In this document: positions 38,967-48,296 of the stretch, in pieces | Layout of the letters: each line of letters begins with the position of its first letter | Numbering within the stretch: position 1 is the stretch's first letter | NCBI GenBank assembly: GCA_016840095.1 | Contig: JAEOSZ010000031.1 | Location: 128,001-192,000 of the forward strand | Source of the DNA: Candidatus Heimdallarchaeota archaeon | GTDB taxonomy: Archaea > Asgardarchaeota > Heimdallarchaeia > Heimdallarchaeales > Heimdallarchaeaceae | Length of the DNA stretch: 64,000 bases | Direction of reading: 5' to 3' | Made by a program: the position numbers and the translations under genes | The notes under the pieces: model-generated | Seen by the model: the letters and a program-made list of their open reading frames with translations, nothing else | Databases searched by the model: none | What the model was told of the DNA's origin: nothing

Positions 38967-40592
38967 ATGAATGATGGTATATTCCAAATTCCAAAACCAA
39001 AAAATGAACCAATACTAGGATTCCTTCCTGGAAGCAAAGAAAGAAAGGAATTGAGAAGAGTTCTTGAAACTATTCAAAATAAGTTTGAAATACCTCTCTT
39101 CATAGATGGTATAGAAATTAAAACAGATGATAAGGGAAAATCAGTTGCTCCACATAATCACTCACATGTTTTAGCAGAATACAATAAAGCAGGTGTAGAA
39201 GAAGTAGAAGAAGCAATTGAAGCATCTCTAAATGCAAAAGAAGATTGGGAAAATATGCATTGGGCAGATAGAGCTTCAATTTTCTTAAAAGCTGCAGATC
39301 TAATGGCTGGACCTTATAGACAATACATGAATGCGGCAACGATGCTAGGTTTAAGTAAAAACGTTTACCAAGCTGAAATAGATGTAGTTGAAATGATTGA
39401 TTTCTTCAGGTTCAATGCTTATTTCATGCAAGAAATTTACTCTAAACAACCTGAATCGGCAGAAGGTCAATGGAACAGATTAGAGTATCGTCCTTTAGAA
39501 GGATTTGTGTTCGCTATTACTCCCTTTAATTTTATATCCATTGCTGGAAATCTTCCCTCTACTCCTGCAATGTTAGGAAACACAGTAGTCTGGAAGCCAG
39601 CTTCTTCAGCTGTATATCCCGCATACTACCTAATGTCAACACTGATTGAAGCAGGACTCCCACCTGGAGTGATTAATTTTGTTCCAGGAAAAGGAGCCGT
39701 TGTTGGAAAACAAGTTTTGAATCATAGAGATCTTGCAGGTGTTCATTTCACAGGAAGTACAGGTACTTTTCAATGGATCTGGAAAACGATAGGTAACAAT
39801 ATAACCTCATACAGAACCTACCCTAGAATTGTTGGAGAGACAGGAGGAAAAGATTTCATCATAGCTCATTCTTCTGCAGATATTGATGCTGTTTCTACTG
39901 CATTGATAAGAGGAGCTTTTGAATTCCAGGGTCAAAAATGCTCAGCAGCTAGTAGAGCATATATCCCTCAGAGTATGTGGGAGAAAGTAAAAACAAATCT
40001 TATTGAAACCACTAATGAAATCAAACAAGGCGATGTTGAAGACTTTACTACGTTTGTTAATGCAGTTATCGATCAACCAGCTTATAATAACATAAAACAG
40101 TATATTGAATTTGCACAGCAAGCAGAAGATGCAGAAATTATAACTGGTGGAAACTATGATGATTCAGAAGGTTTTTTCATTGAACCGACAACTATTGTTA
40201 CTTCGAATCCAAAGTTTAGAACAATGCAAGAAGAGATTTTTGGACCAGTGCTAACAATTTATGTTTATCGAGATGAGAATTTCATAGAAACTCTTGAATT
40301 GTGTGATGACACTTCTCCTTATGCACTAACAGGTTCAATATTTGCTAAAGAGAAGAAAGCTATTCAGCTGGCTAGTAAAATGCTTAGAAATGCAGCTGGA
40401 AACTTTTACATTAACTCAAAACCAACAGGAGCAGTTGTTGGTCAGCAACCTTTTGGTGGAGCACGAGCATCAGGAACTAATGATAAGGCAGGTAGTTATC
40501 TTAATTTGCTTCGATGGATTTCTCCAAGGACAATAAAAGAGACCTTCAACCCACCAAAACATTACTTATATGAGTATATGGAAGAAAATTAA
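38967..40592 (+). CDS. pruA: L-glutamate gamma-semialdehyde (P5C) dehydrogenase, ALDH4A1/PruA type
   Basis: NEP, QAEID, YRPLEGFV.AITPFNF, HFTGST, GETGGK, GQKCSA, EEIFGPV, KPTGAVVGQQPFGG. Confidence 0.95.
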   Translation: MNDGIFQIPKPKNEPILGFLPGSKERKELRRVLETIQNKFEIPLFIDGIEIKTDDKGKSVAPHNHSHVLAEYNKAGVEEVEEAIEASLNAKEDWENMHWADRASIFLKAADLMAGPYRQYMNAATMLGLSKNVYQAEIDVVEMIDFFRFNAYFMQEIYSKQPESAEGQWNRLEYRPLEGFVFAITPFNFISIAGNLPSTPAMLGNTVVWKPASSAVYPAYYLMSTLIEAGLPPGVINFVPGKGAVVGKQVLNHRDLAGVHFTGSTGTFQWIWKTIGNNITSYRTYPRIVGETGGKDFIIAHSSADIDAVSTALIRGAFEFQGQKCSAASRAYIPQSMWEKVKTNLIETTNEIKQGDVEDFTTFVNAVIDQPAYNNIKQYIEFAQQAEDAEIITGGNYDDSEGFFIEPTTIVTSNPKFRTMQEEIFGPVLTIYVYRDENFIETLELCDDTSPYALTGSIFAKEKKAIQLASKMLRNAAGNFYINSKPTGAVVGQQPFGGARASGTNDKAGSYLNLLRWISPRTIKETFNPPKHYLYEYMEEN

Positions 40593-40645
40593 GTCTAATT
40601 GCCTTCCTCACTAACTTTTTTACCTAATATATCAGAATAACACTA

Positions 40646-41242
40646 ATGAAAATTTATCTTGTCAGGCATGGGGAAACCGAGTATGGAAAAAAACGTTATA
40701 CAACAGGTCATATTGATATCCCTTTAAATGAAACTGGAAAACAAGAAGCTGCAGCTACAGGAAGATTTCTCAAAGATAAGAACATTACTAAGATATTTTC
40801 CTCAAGTCTTAGTAGAGCAAGTGAAACTGCAAAAATCATAGCATCTGAACTTAATCTATCAGTTGTTGAATATGATGAACTGATGGAACATACTTCAGGT
40901 AATCTTGATGGTATCCCTATCGAAGAATTTTTTGAAAAAATGAACAGTGTTGGAGATTTTGAAAAGATGATTAGGAAAGCAGGAGGGGAATCACAAGAGG
41001 TATTCAGAAAGAGAGTTTGGGATAAACTACTGGATATCGCAGAAGAAAACAACAGCCGCGGAGATGTCATAATTGTTACTCATGGTGTAGTAATTGGATC
41101 GATTCTAGCGAAAATTTTTGGGGTTCCTTTGTTGAGGAATTTATCACAAGCTAACTGTTGTATAAATATCATTGATTATAATGAAGAAAGAGAAGGTTTG
41201 TTTGGAGTTAAATTGATAAATCATACATATCATTTGATATAG
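40646..41242 (+). CDS. Histidine phosphatase (phosphoglycerate mutase-like) family protein
   Basis: LVRHGET, SS.L.RA.ETA, L.E...G, VTHG. Confidence 0.92.
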   Translation: MKIYLVRHGETEYGKKRYTTGHIDIPLNETGKQEAAATGRFLKDKNITKIFSSSLSRASETAKIIASELNLSVVEYDELMEHTSGNLDGIPIEEFFEKMNSVGDFEKMIRKAGGESQEVFRKRVWDKLLDIAEENNSRGDVIIVTHGVVIGSILAKIFGVPLLRNLSQANCCINIIDYNEEREGLFGVKLINHTYHLI

Positions 41243-41270
41243 TAGATTTTAGCATTATTTTTTCTTAATT

Positions 41271-41387
41271 AATGGAGCAATAGTCCGTCCAAAGGAAACT
41301 GTACCATACTTTGAGTGGCTAGCTCATTTAAAAGATATAGAAGGAAATTTGTGGGATATACTGGACGATGTCCCTAAAGCAAATTAA
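41271..41387 (+). pseudogene. 3' remnant of a VOC/glyoxalase family gene
   Basis: Translates NGAIVRPKETVPYFEWLAHLKDIEGNLWDILDDVPKAN*, resembling the VOC C-terminus (GG.I..PK..VPG.GW.A.F.D.EGN.F.I); no start codon, in-frame TAG at 41250. Confidence 0.7.
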
Positions 41388-41388
41388 T

Positions 41389-42765
41389 TTATTTTTTATT
41401 CCTTCTTCTTCTCTTTACAATTGCATAATATACTACAGTAGACACAAACATTATCGGTATAAAATGCATTACACTTGCTTCTTTGGTTTCAGATATCGGA
41501 TTATGTAATGGTTTTTTTAGTGGATAAAGATCCTTACTATTTCCTTCTCCTGCTATTTTATAAGAACCAAATCCTGGCGAGAGCCAAAAATTTCCCTCTT
41601 TTAATGTCGAATTATACCACTGATTTCCGTCACCAACATCATACGCTTGCGATGAACGTCCTCCATTATAAAAGAAAGAATTATGGTACAAAACACTCCC
41701 ATAATTAAATGAAAAATAACTATAAATATTAACTCCATATTTAGTATTAGATTGAAAGAGATTAAACTCTACTATAGATTCAAACGTTTCAACTAGAGCA
41801 AGACCATTTCTACTGTTTCGGAAAAAAGTATTATTAAACAAATGCACACTTAGTGATCGATAAATATGAATCCCATCTTTGAGATTATCACTAATATAGT
41901 TAGACATTATTTTGACATTAGATGCCGTATTCATTAATAAACCAAAAAAACCACTTGACAAAACATTGTTTGATAGTGTTAAATTACTACAAACGACAAC
42001 ATGAATTCCTATATATGCATTAGAAAGATTTTGGTTTTTCACTACAACATTCGAATTATTAAGTAAAAATATCTGACCGTAATCATCTTGATCTATCATC
42101 ATATTAGATTCATTAACAAAATATCCAAGTTTCTGCCCATTAACTATATTATTGTCTTCTACAGTGTTAGTTTTTGCATCCCATATTTCATTAGGACCAC
42201 TCAACCCACAGTTAACAAAAACATTATTTCTAACCTTGCAGTTCTTAAAAATAGATATTCCATAATTTTTATTGTTTATGCAAGTATTGTTCTCGATCAA
42301 AGTATTATGTCCATCTACATGACTAAGACCATAATCATTGTTTTTTATGGTGTTGTTAGCAACTACACAAGATTCAAACAAAAGCGCACCACGAAAAGAA
42401 TTCTGAAAAGTATTATTAAAAAGATAGAATGTTTCATGTTCTGATCCTCCTATTAATGCAGCCGTTCTAACAGATTGGAAAGTACAATTTTGTATGACAA
42501 AATAACAAGAAACCCCTTCAATTGAAAGAGCTTCCTCTTCTTCTGTTATAATTATTAGATCTTCAATAATAAAGGGATTATAATCAGAGCCATTTCCAGA
42601 GAACCCTAAATCTACAAAATCTTGATTATTACTAATATCTATAGGTTCACTATTGGAAACATAATTCATTACAGGTTTTGAAGAAACATCCTCTACAATA
42701 AAAAATATGCTTATCATTGAAAAAACAACTAAATAAAGTAAAACTATACTCTTTCTACTTATCAT
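41389..42765 (-). CDS. Parallel beta-helix (NosD-like) surface protein with C-terminal TM anchor
   Basis: GNGSDYNPFIIEDL; YHNSF..N...QAYD.G..N.W...GNFW...DLYPL; TM + KRRRR. Probable start ATG 42765 (track 42834). Confidence 0.88.
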   Translation of the reverse strand: MISRKSIVLLYLVVFSMISIFFIVEDVSSKPVMNYVSNSEPIDISNNQDFVDLGFSGNGSDYNPFIIEDLIIITEEEEALSIEGVSCYFVIQNCTFQSVRTAALIGGSEHETFYLFNNTFQNSFRGALLFESCVVANNTIKNNDYGLSHVDGHNTLIENNTCINNKNYGISIFKNCKVRNNVFVNCGLSGPNEIWDAKTNTVEDNNIVNGQKLGYFVNESNMMIDQDDYGQIFLLNNSNVVVKNQNLSNAYIGIHVVVCSNLTLSNNVLSSGFFGLLMNTASNVKIMSNYISDNLKDGIHIYRSLSVHLFNNTFFRNSRNGLALVETFESIVEFNLFQSNTKYGVNIYSYFSFNYGSVLYHNSFFYNGGRSSQAYDVGDGNQWYNSTLKEGNFWLSPGFGSYKIAGEGNSKDLYPLKKPLHNPISETKEASVMHFIPIMFVSTVVYYAIVKRRRRNKK

Positions 42766-42986
42766 TGTTATTTCAAAGCTATTAGGATATTTAAAATAGT
42801 TAAATCTTTCTGCAATTAGAACGATATTTCGCATGCAATATAGAATTTTGATCAGTTTCTTTTCGTTTCACGTAAATTCTTTAAAAGGCAAAAATAGCTT
42901 TTTAACTCTTTCTAAGCATAGAATCATCGTTGCTAGTGATTTGTTATATCTTTTCGTAATAACTATAGTTATCAATAAATTGTAGA

Positions 42987-45095
42987 GTGGTGTCAACAAT
43001 AACTCAAGCGAAGGGGTATACTGGTAAAATCTTATGGGTCAATTTATCCACTAATGAAATTCAAGAAGAATTTCCAGATGAGGAAATATATAGAAAATAT
43101 CTGGGGGGATATGGTTTAGGTGTTTATTATATTTACAATAGAATTAAACCTGGATGTGATCCTCTAGGTCCAGAAAATATCATAGGATTTTGTCCAGGAT
43201 TACTAACAGGAACAGCTGCTCCCTTCACAGGTAGATGGATGGCTTGTGGAAAAAGTCCATTGACAGGAAAAGGAATTACTGCTGATGGCAATTTCTGTAA
43301 TGGCGGTTGGGGAGACAGTAACTCTGGTGGTTTCTTTGGACCAGCAATCAAAAGAGCTGGATATGACGCTATATTTGTAACAGGAATGGCAAAAAAACCT
43401 GTTTATCTTTATGTAACACAGGATGCCTTTGAGCTCAGAGATGCATCTGAAATATGGGGTAAGGATGCTTTTGAAACAGAAGACATACTTAAGGAAAAAC
43501 ATGGTAAAACCGCTAATGTTGCATCAATAGGTGTCGCAGCAGAAAACAAGTCTTTGATTACTGGAATAGTAAATGATTATGGAAGAATAGCTGCACGAAG
43601 TGGTCTTGGAGCAGTCATGGGTGCAAAGAAGATTAAAGCTATCTGTTTAGATGGGAAGACTAGAATCAATGTTGATGATAAAGACACTACTCAAACTCTT
43701 TCACAAAATTATCGAAAGAGAATCTCCAAATTATTGAAAAAGAATCTTATGGGGAAATTTCTCAAACTAGCTCCTAAATTTGGTAGTTTGATGAGAGTTT
43801 TTAGGATGAGTTTCGGAAAGAGTGTTCAAATGGTTATGAAGTTTCCTGGGATTAAAGCTGAAGCTCTTGTTGCAAATTACTTGCATAGATATGGAACAGC
43901 ATTCACCCTCCCTATTTCTGTTCCTGTTGGAGATGCTTCTGTCAAAAACTTCAATGGAACTGGACCTAAAAACTATCCCCAAAGTATAGCATTAAGAAAA
44001 GTTGGAAAAGCTCTTGAATCATTAGATACTGTGCCTTTTGGGTGTTATGGTTGTCCATTAAGATGTGGGAGAAAGATCTCTGTTCCAGAGCTTGGAATAA
44101 AGGATTCACATATGCCTGAATATGAAACTCTTGCATCAATTAGCAGTAACATTCTGAATGGAGATCCTATGCTGATGATCAAGATAAATGAATACTTGAA
44201 TAGACAAGGTATGGATTCTATTTCAACAGGAGTCACTCTAGGTTTTGTTCTAGAATGTGTTGAAAGAGGATTTCTAAAGAAAGAGGATTTCAAATCAAGT
44301 AAATACCCAGATGGATTTTTGCCTGGTTGGTATGATAATGAGTATCTTTTTCCTCTTCTTGAGATGATGGTCAATCGTGAAGGTATTGGGGATCTTATAT
44401 CTGATGGTACTTGGGCTGCAGCACAGAAAATAAAAGGTTCAGAAACATTTGCTATGAATATTAATGGACAAGAAGTGCCAATGCATGATCCTAGATATAT
44501 CAACTGGTTTGGTGCCACATATGTCGCTGATCCTACACCTGGAAGACATACTGCAGGAGGAATTGATACTCTGATGATACATCCAATAGCAAGGTTCTCC
44601 AGTTCATTTAAGTTTAAAATGAGTAGAAAGATTGACAGGACAAGTCTAAACCATTCAAATGCAGTTAAGTTCACTCAGAGTATAAATGCGCTTGGACTGT
44701 GCTCCTTCTCTTTAGCTTGTGGAAAATATCCTCTTTTAGAATTAATGAAAAGTGTTTATGGGTGGGATGTTTCTCCAGAAGAATTTCTAGAAATAGGACA
44801 TAGAATTCAAACACTGCGTCAGATGTTTAATGCCCGTGAAGGTGCAATAAGACACAAGATTCCAAAGAGACTCATAGGTGATCCACCTCTGAGGAAAGGA
44901 CCTTTAAGAGGAGTATCCTTACCTATAGAAGAAATGGTACAAGGCTATTATACACACATTGGATTCGAAACTAATGGGATTCCAAAAAAGGAAACACTGA
45001 AGATCTTAGATTTAGAATATTGTATAAACGATTTAGAGAAAAGTTATGGTCGACCTCAAATAGTCGTTAATAAATATCTTGAAGCAAAAACATAG
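42987..45095 (+). CDS. aor: Aldehyde:ferredoxin oxidoreductase family (tungsten/pterin, 4Fe-4S)
   Basis: GYTGKILWVNLS, YLGGYGLG, KSPLTG, GRIAARSGLGAVMG.K.IKAI, CYGCPLRC, PEYET, GMDSIS, HDPR, LGLC, FNAREG. Confidence 0.93.
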   Translation: MVSTITQAKGYTGKILWVNLSTNEIQEEFPDEEIYRKYLGGYGLGVYYIYNRIKPGCDPLGPENIIGFCPGLLTGTAAPFTGRWMACGKSPLTGKGITADGNFCNGGWGDSNSGGFFGPAIKRAGYDAIFVTGMAKKPVYLYVTQDAFELRDASEIWGKDAFETEDILKEKHGKTANVASIGVAAENKSLITGIVNDYGRIAARSGLGAVMGAKKIKAICLDGKTRINVDDKDTTQTLSQNYRKRISKLLKKNLMGKFLKLAPKFGSLMRVFRMSFGKSVQMVMKFPGIKAEALVANYLHRYGTAFTLPISVPVGDASVKNFNGTGPKNYPQSIALRKVGKALESLDTVPFGCYGCPLRCGRKISVPELGIKDSHMPEYETLASISSNILNGDPMLMIKINEYLNRQGMDSISTGVTLGFVLECVERGFLKKEDFKSSKYPDGFLPGWYDNEYLFPLLEMMVNREGIGDLISDGTWAAAQKIKGSETFAMNINGQEVPMHDPRYINWFGATYVADPTPGRHTAGGIDTLMIHPIARFSSSFKFKMSRKIDRTSLNHSNAVKFTQSINALGLCSFSLACGKYPLLELMKSVYGWDVSPEEFLEIGHRIQTLRQMFNAREGAIRHKIPKRLIGDPPLRKGPLRGVSLPIEEMVQGYYTHIGFETNGIPKKETLKILDLEYCINDLEKSYGRPQIVVNKYLEAKT

Positions 45096-45136
45096 AAATC
45101 TCTGCACGTTTCTTTTTCTATTTAAAAATAGATAGA

Positions 45137-45192
45137 TTTTTATATTGGTAATATTTCATAATATTCAGAAATCTGAATATTCATAATTCTGA
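45137..45192 (+). promoter_or_regulatory. Promoter (TTTTTATA) plus perfect palindrome AATATTCAGA-AA-TCTGAATATT (45160-45181), candidate PadR operator
   Basis: 10-bp inverted repeat over the expected transcription start of an operon containing a PadR-family gene. Confidence 0.65.
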
Positions 45193-45207
45193 AATAGAGG
45201 TTTATGT

Positions 45208-46539
45208 ATGAAGATTGGAAAAGTTACGTGGTTTGCGTTTAGAAACGCGTTTAGAAGAAAGATTGTTGCAATCCTAGCCATTGTAGGAATTAGTATAGCT
45301 ATTACTATGCAAGTGACTATCAATGCATTTACAACAGGAATGGATGAAACTTTCGCAGATATTTTTGGAGAATTGGTTGGAACTTTTCAACTACAAGAAA
45401 CAGATGCACCTTTTTCATATGCATCTCAATTGCCAGCAAACATTACAGAAACTATTTTGGGCTTTGAAAATAGCTCAGATATTGTTGCAGTAGCAACTGA
45501 ACAGAATCTACCTGCTACGGTAAATAACTATACAGATATTCTCGGCACAACGGTATTTGGAACGCCCATGGGAATGAATATACGAGGAATTGAAGACCTT
45601 GATGATTTTAGTGAAATATTCTCTGAATTAGAAGAATTAACAGAAGGATCAAGATACTTTGAGTATAATCAAGATGAATGTATAATCCCTTATGCTCTTT
45701 ATGAAAACAATTCTGAGGTATTTGATGTTGGAAAAACATTTTCTTTAATGATTAATTCAACTTACACGTATGATTTAGAAATAGTTGGAGTTACTTCTGC
45801 TTTAGTTGGAGGTTTACAGCAATCAGTAATGGCTTTAGCCTATGATATTTATGTACCTATCAATGTTACAAATAATGTGCTGTATGAGTTGTTACGCAAT
45901 GATACAATGAATTCCATGATGCATTATGTTCCCTTCGGACTAGATCCAACACAATTTGGAATAGATAGTCCCAATCTAGTATCAATCCGCACATCTTTTG
46001 ATAATTCAGTTGATGTGGAGAACTTTATTGAGGATTTAACAGTATACCTAGAAGTACAATATCCTGAGATTAAATTTTCTTCATTATCTTTAGCATCAGC
46101 TTTAGAAACAATGGATGATCTAATGGCTACTCAAGATATAGTGATAACTGTTGTCACAATCATAATCATAATTTCTGGGAGTATGGGAGTAATTATTGCT
46201 CAGTTAGTAGGAGTTGAAGGAAGATCGAAAGAATTCGCCATTCTGAAAGCAACTGGATGGAAAGAAGGACACATCATTTACTCTGTTATAATAGAAAGCG
46301 TTACTTTAGGTATTGCTGGATCTCTAGTTGGAGTTCTGCTTTCTTTTGTATCAATAAAAGGTCTTGAAAGGTTAATGGGATCATCAGATATTGGATCTAT
46401 GCCATTTTCACCAGTAATAACATTTGGAATATTTATGACTGCAATAGGAATTGCAGTAGGAATAGGTATATTGGGAGGTCTTTATCCTGGAATAAGAGCT
46501 AGTTCTGTCAAACCTATGGAGGTTTTACAAGGAAGTTAG
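45208..46539 (+). CDS. ABC transporter permease, MacB/FtsX family
   Basis: AFRNAFRRK + TM1, large extracellular loop, RSKEFAILKATGW, GLYPGIRAS.VKP.EVL. Confidence 0.9.
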   Translation: MKIGKVTWFAFRNAFRRKIVAILAIVGISIAITMQVTINAFTTGMDETFADIFGELVGTFQLQETDAPFSYASQLPANITETILGFENSSDIVAVATEQNLPATVNNYTDILGTTVFGTPMGMNIRGIEDLDDFSEIFSELEELTEGSRYFEYNQDECIIPYALYENNSEVFDVGKTFSLMINSTYTYDLEIVGVTSALVGGLQQSVMALAYDIYVPINVTNNVLYELLRNDTMNSMMHYVPFGLDPTQFGIDSPNLVSIRTSFDNSVDVENFIEDLTVYLEVQYPEIKFSSLSLASALETMDDLMATQDIVITVVTIIIIISGSMGVIIAQLVGVEGRSKEFAILKATGWKEGHIIYSVIIESVTLGIAGSLVGVLLSFVSIKGLERLMGSSDIGSMPFSPVITFGIFMTAIGIAVGIGILGGLYPGIRASSVKPMEVLQGS

Positions 46540-47316
46540 GTGATTATGATGGTAAACGTTGAAGAAACACAAAAATCACTGCAAATAGCTAGTCAAGAAA
46601 TAGCAGATTCTACTGACCTCATAATTGAAATAAAAGGACTGTGGAGAAAATTCTTTGAAGATACTCCTGCTGAAGTCAAAGCATTACGAGGAGTAGATTT
46701 CAAAGTTGAGAAAGGAGAATTCATAACAATCATGGGTCCTTCTGGTTCTGGTAAAAGTACTCTTTTAACCATTCTTGGATGTATGGCTTCTGCAACTAGC
46801 GGGGAGGTGTATATCGATGGTACTGAGATTACTAAAATGAGTCAACGTAAGCTAAGTGCTATTAGAAAGAACAAAATCGGATTTGTTTTTCAAGACATAT
46901 TTCTCATAGACACTATCTCTGCTCTTGATAATGTTCTGTTACCTCTTTTACCTTATGGAATAAAGAAAGAGGACAAAGAAAGAGCCAAAGAATTAATGAA
47001 AATAGCTGGGTTGGGAGATCGTATGCACCATAAACCTACCGAACTTTCCGGTGGACAAAAACAACGAGTTGCTATCTGTCGAGCTCTGATAAATGACCCT
47101 CCAATTGTCCTTGCTGATGAACCTACAGGTAATCTTGACTCTCAAACAGGTGGTGAGGTTCTTGCTCTTCTTAGAAGAATTAACAAAGAGAAAGGAATCA
47201 CTATTCTAGCAGTTTCACATGATCCTAAACTTGCTGAATACTCTTCACGAGATGTTATGATAACTGATGGAGAGATTACCCGAGATAGAATAAATCCATT
47301 CAGAAGTGATAACTAG
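46540..47316 (+). CDS. ABC transporter ATP-binding protein, LolD/MacB family
   Basis: [35 protein letters not shown]; start may be ATG 46546/46549. Confidence 0.95.
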   Translation: MIMMVNVEETQKSLQIASQEIADSTDLIIEIKGLWRKFFEDTPAEVKALRGVDFKVEKGEFITIMGPSGSGKSTLLTILGCMASATSGEVYIDGTEITKMSQRKLSAIRKNKIGFVFQDIFLIDTISALDNVLLPLLPYGIKKEDKERAKELMKIAGLGDRMHHKPTELSGGQKQRVAICRALINDPPIVLADEPTGNLDSQTGGEVLALLRRINKEKGITILAVSHDPKLAEYSSRDVMITDGEITRDRINPFRSDN

Positions 47317-47330
47317 AATGAGGTATAAAA

Positions 47331-48296
47331 GTGACTAAAGAAACGGAGAGCATTGTAGGTAAGTACGAAGAAAGGTTTGTACGAAGGCTCGGGGAGGTTG
47401 CTATCCTATTACACTTAGCTAGGTCACCAGAAGGATCTCATGCATATGAGATGCGTCAGAAAGCTTCAGAGATTCTCTTTGAGAAGAGAAACACAGGTAA
47501 GGTATTCCTACAGAAACATCTTGATTTACTTAATGAATTTAAGAAACTCTCATCTCAGACTGATGTAGATTCTGCTATAGTCAAGAAGATGAAGAATGAA
47601 GTCTCAGATAGAATTGACGACTATCCAATTTTCAAATATAATCTGCGAATTCAGCATATGCTTACAGAAAAATACAATTTCACTAAAAAAGACATAGAGT
47701 ATATTGATGACTTAATTGATGCTTTAGATGAAGCAGTAAAAGATATGAAAGAAACTTCAGTTATCTGGAGCAATATTAGTGGAATTTATCCAACTATTGA
47801 CTCTTTAGAAAAAAATGGTTTGATTGAATTAGCAAGAAAAGATTCCAAAGGAGATAGATTGAAGAAAATCTATACCATTACAGAACTTGGGAGAGAATCA
47901 CTATCTAGAGTACTGATGTCATTAATGGATATATCTTCATTTATTCTTGATTCTGAGCTAAAACCTGCTTTACATAAACCTGATGGAATCTTATCTCCTA
48001 GATTGATTCCTTTTAGAAGGATTTTTCTAAAGATGTCAGACGATTTATCTCCTGAATTCAAGAAGAAGCTTCATTCTTCTAAAAGTCTACACCAAGGAAG
48101 ATCTTTTGTTAGTATGATGATGGAGCAGGGGATGGCAGGTCCAAGATTGAATGTCCTTGTCAATCATCCAGAAATGCTAGAAGAACACTTAGATGCAATC
48201 GAAACTATAGAGGATAGAAATATGCTAAAAACATTCATTAAGAACAGATTGCTTGAGAGACGAAAGAAGATAGATAAATTATTGGAGAAACTGTAA
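47331..48296 (+). CDS. PadR-family transcriptional regulator with a large internal insertion
   Basis: ILLHLA...SHAYEM and, ~100 aa later, GIYPTIDSLEKNGLI...KKIYTITELGRESL. Confidence 0.75.
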   Translation: MTKETESIVGKYEERFVRRLGEVAILLHLARSPEGSHAYEMRQKASEILFEKRNTGKVFLQKHLDLLNEFKKLSSQTDVDSAIVKKMKNEVSDRIDDYPIFKYNLRIQHMLTEKYNFTKKDIEYIDDLIDALDEAVKDMKETSVIWSNISGIYPTIDSLEKNGLIELARKDSKGDRLKKIYTITELGRESLSRVLMSLMDISSFILDSELKPALHKPDGILSPRLIPFRRIFLKMSDDLSPEFKKKLHSSKSLHQGRSFVSMMMEQGMAGPRLNVLVNHPEMLEEHLDAIETIEDRNMLKTFIKNRLLERRKKIDKLLEKL

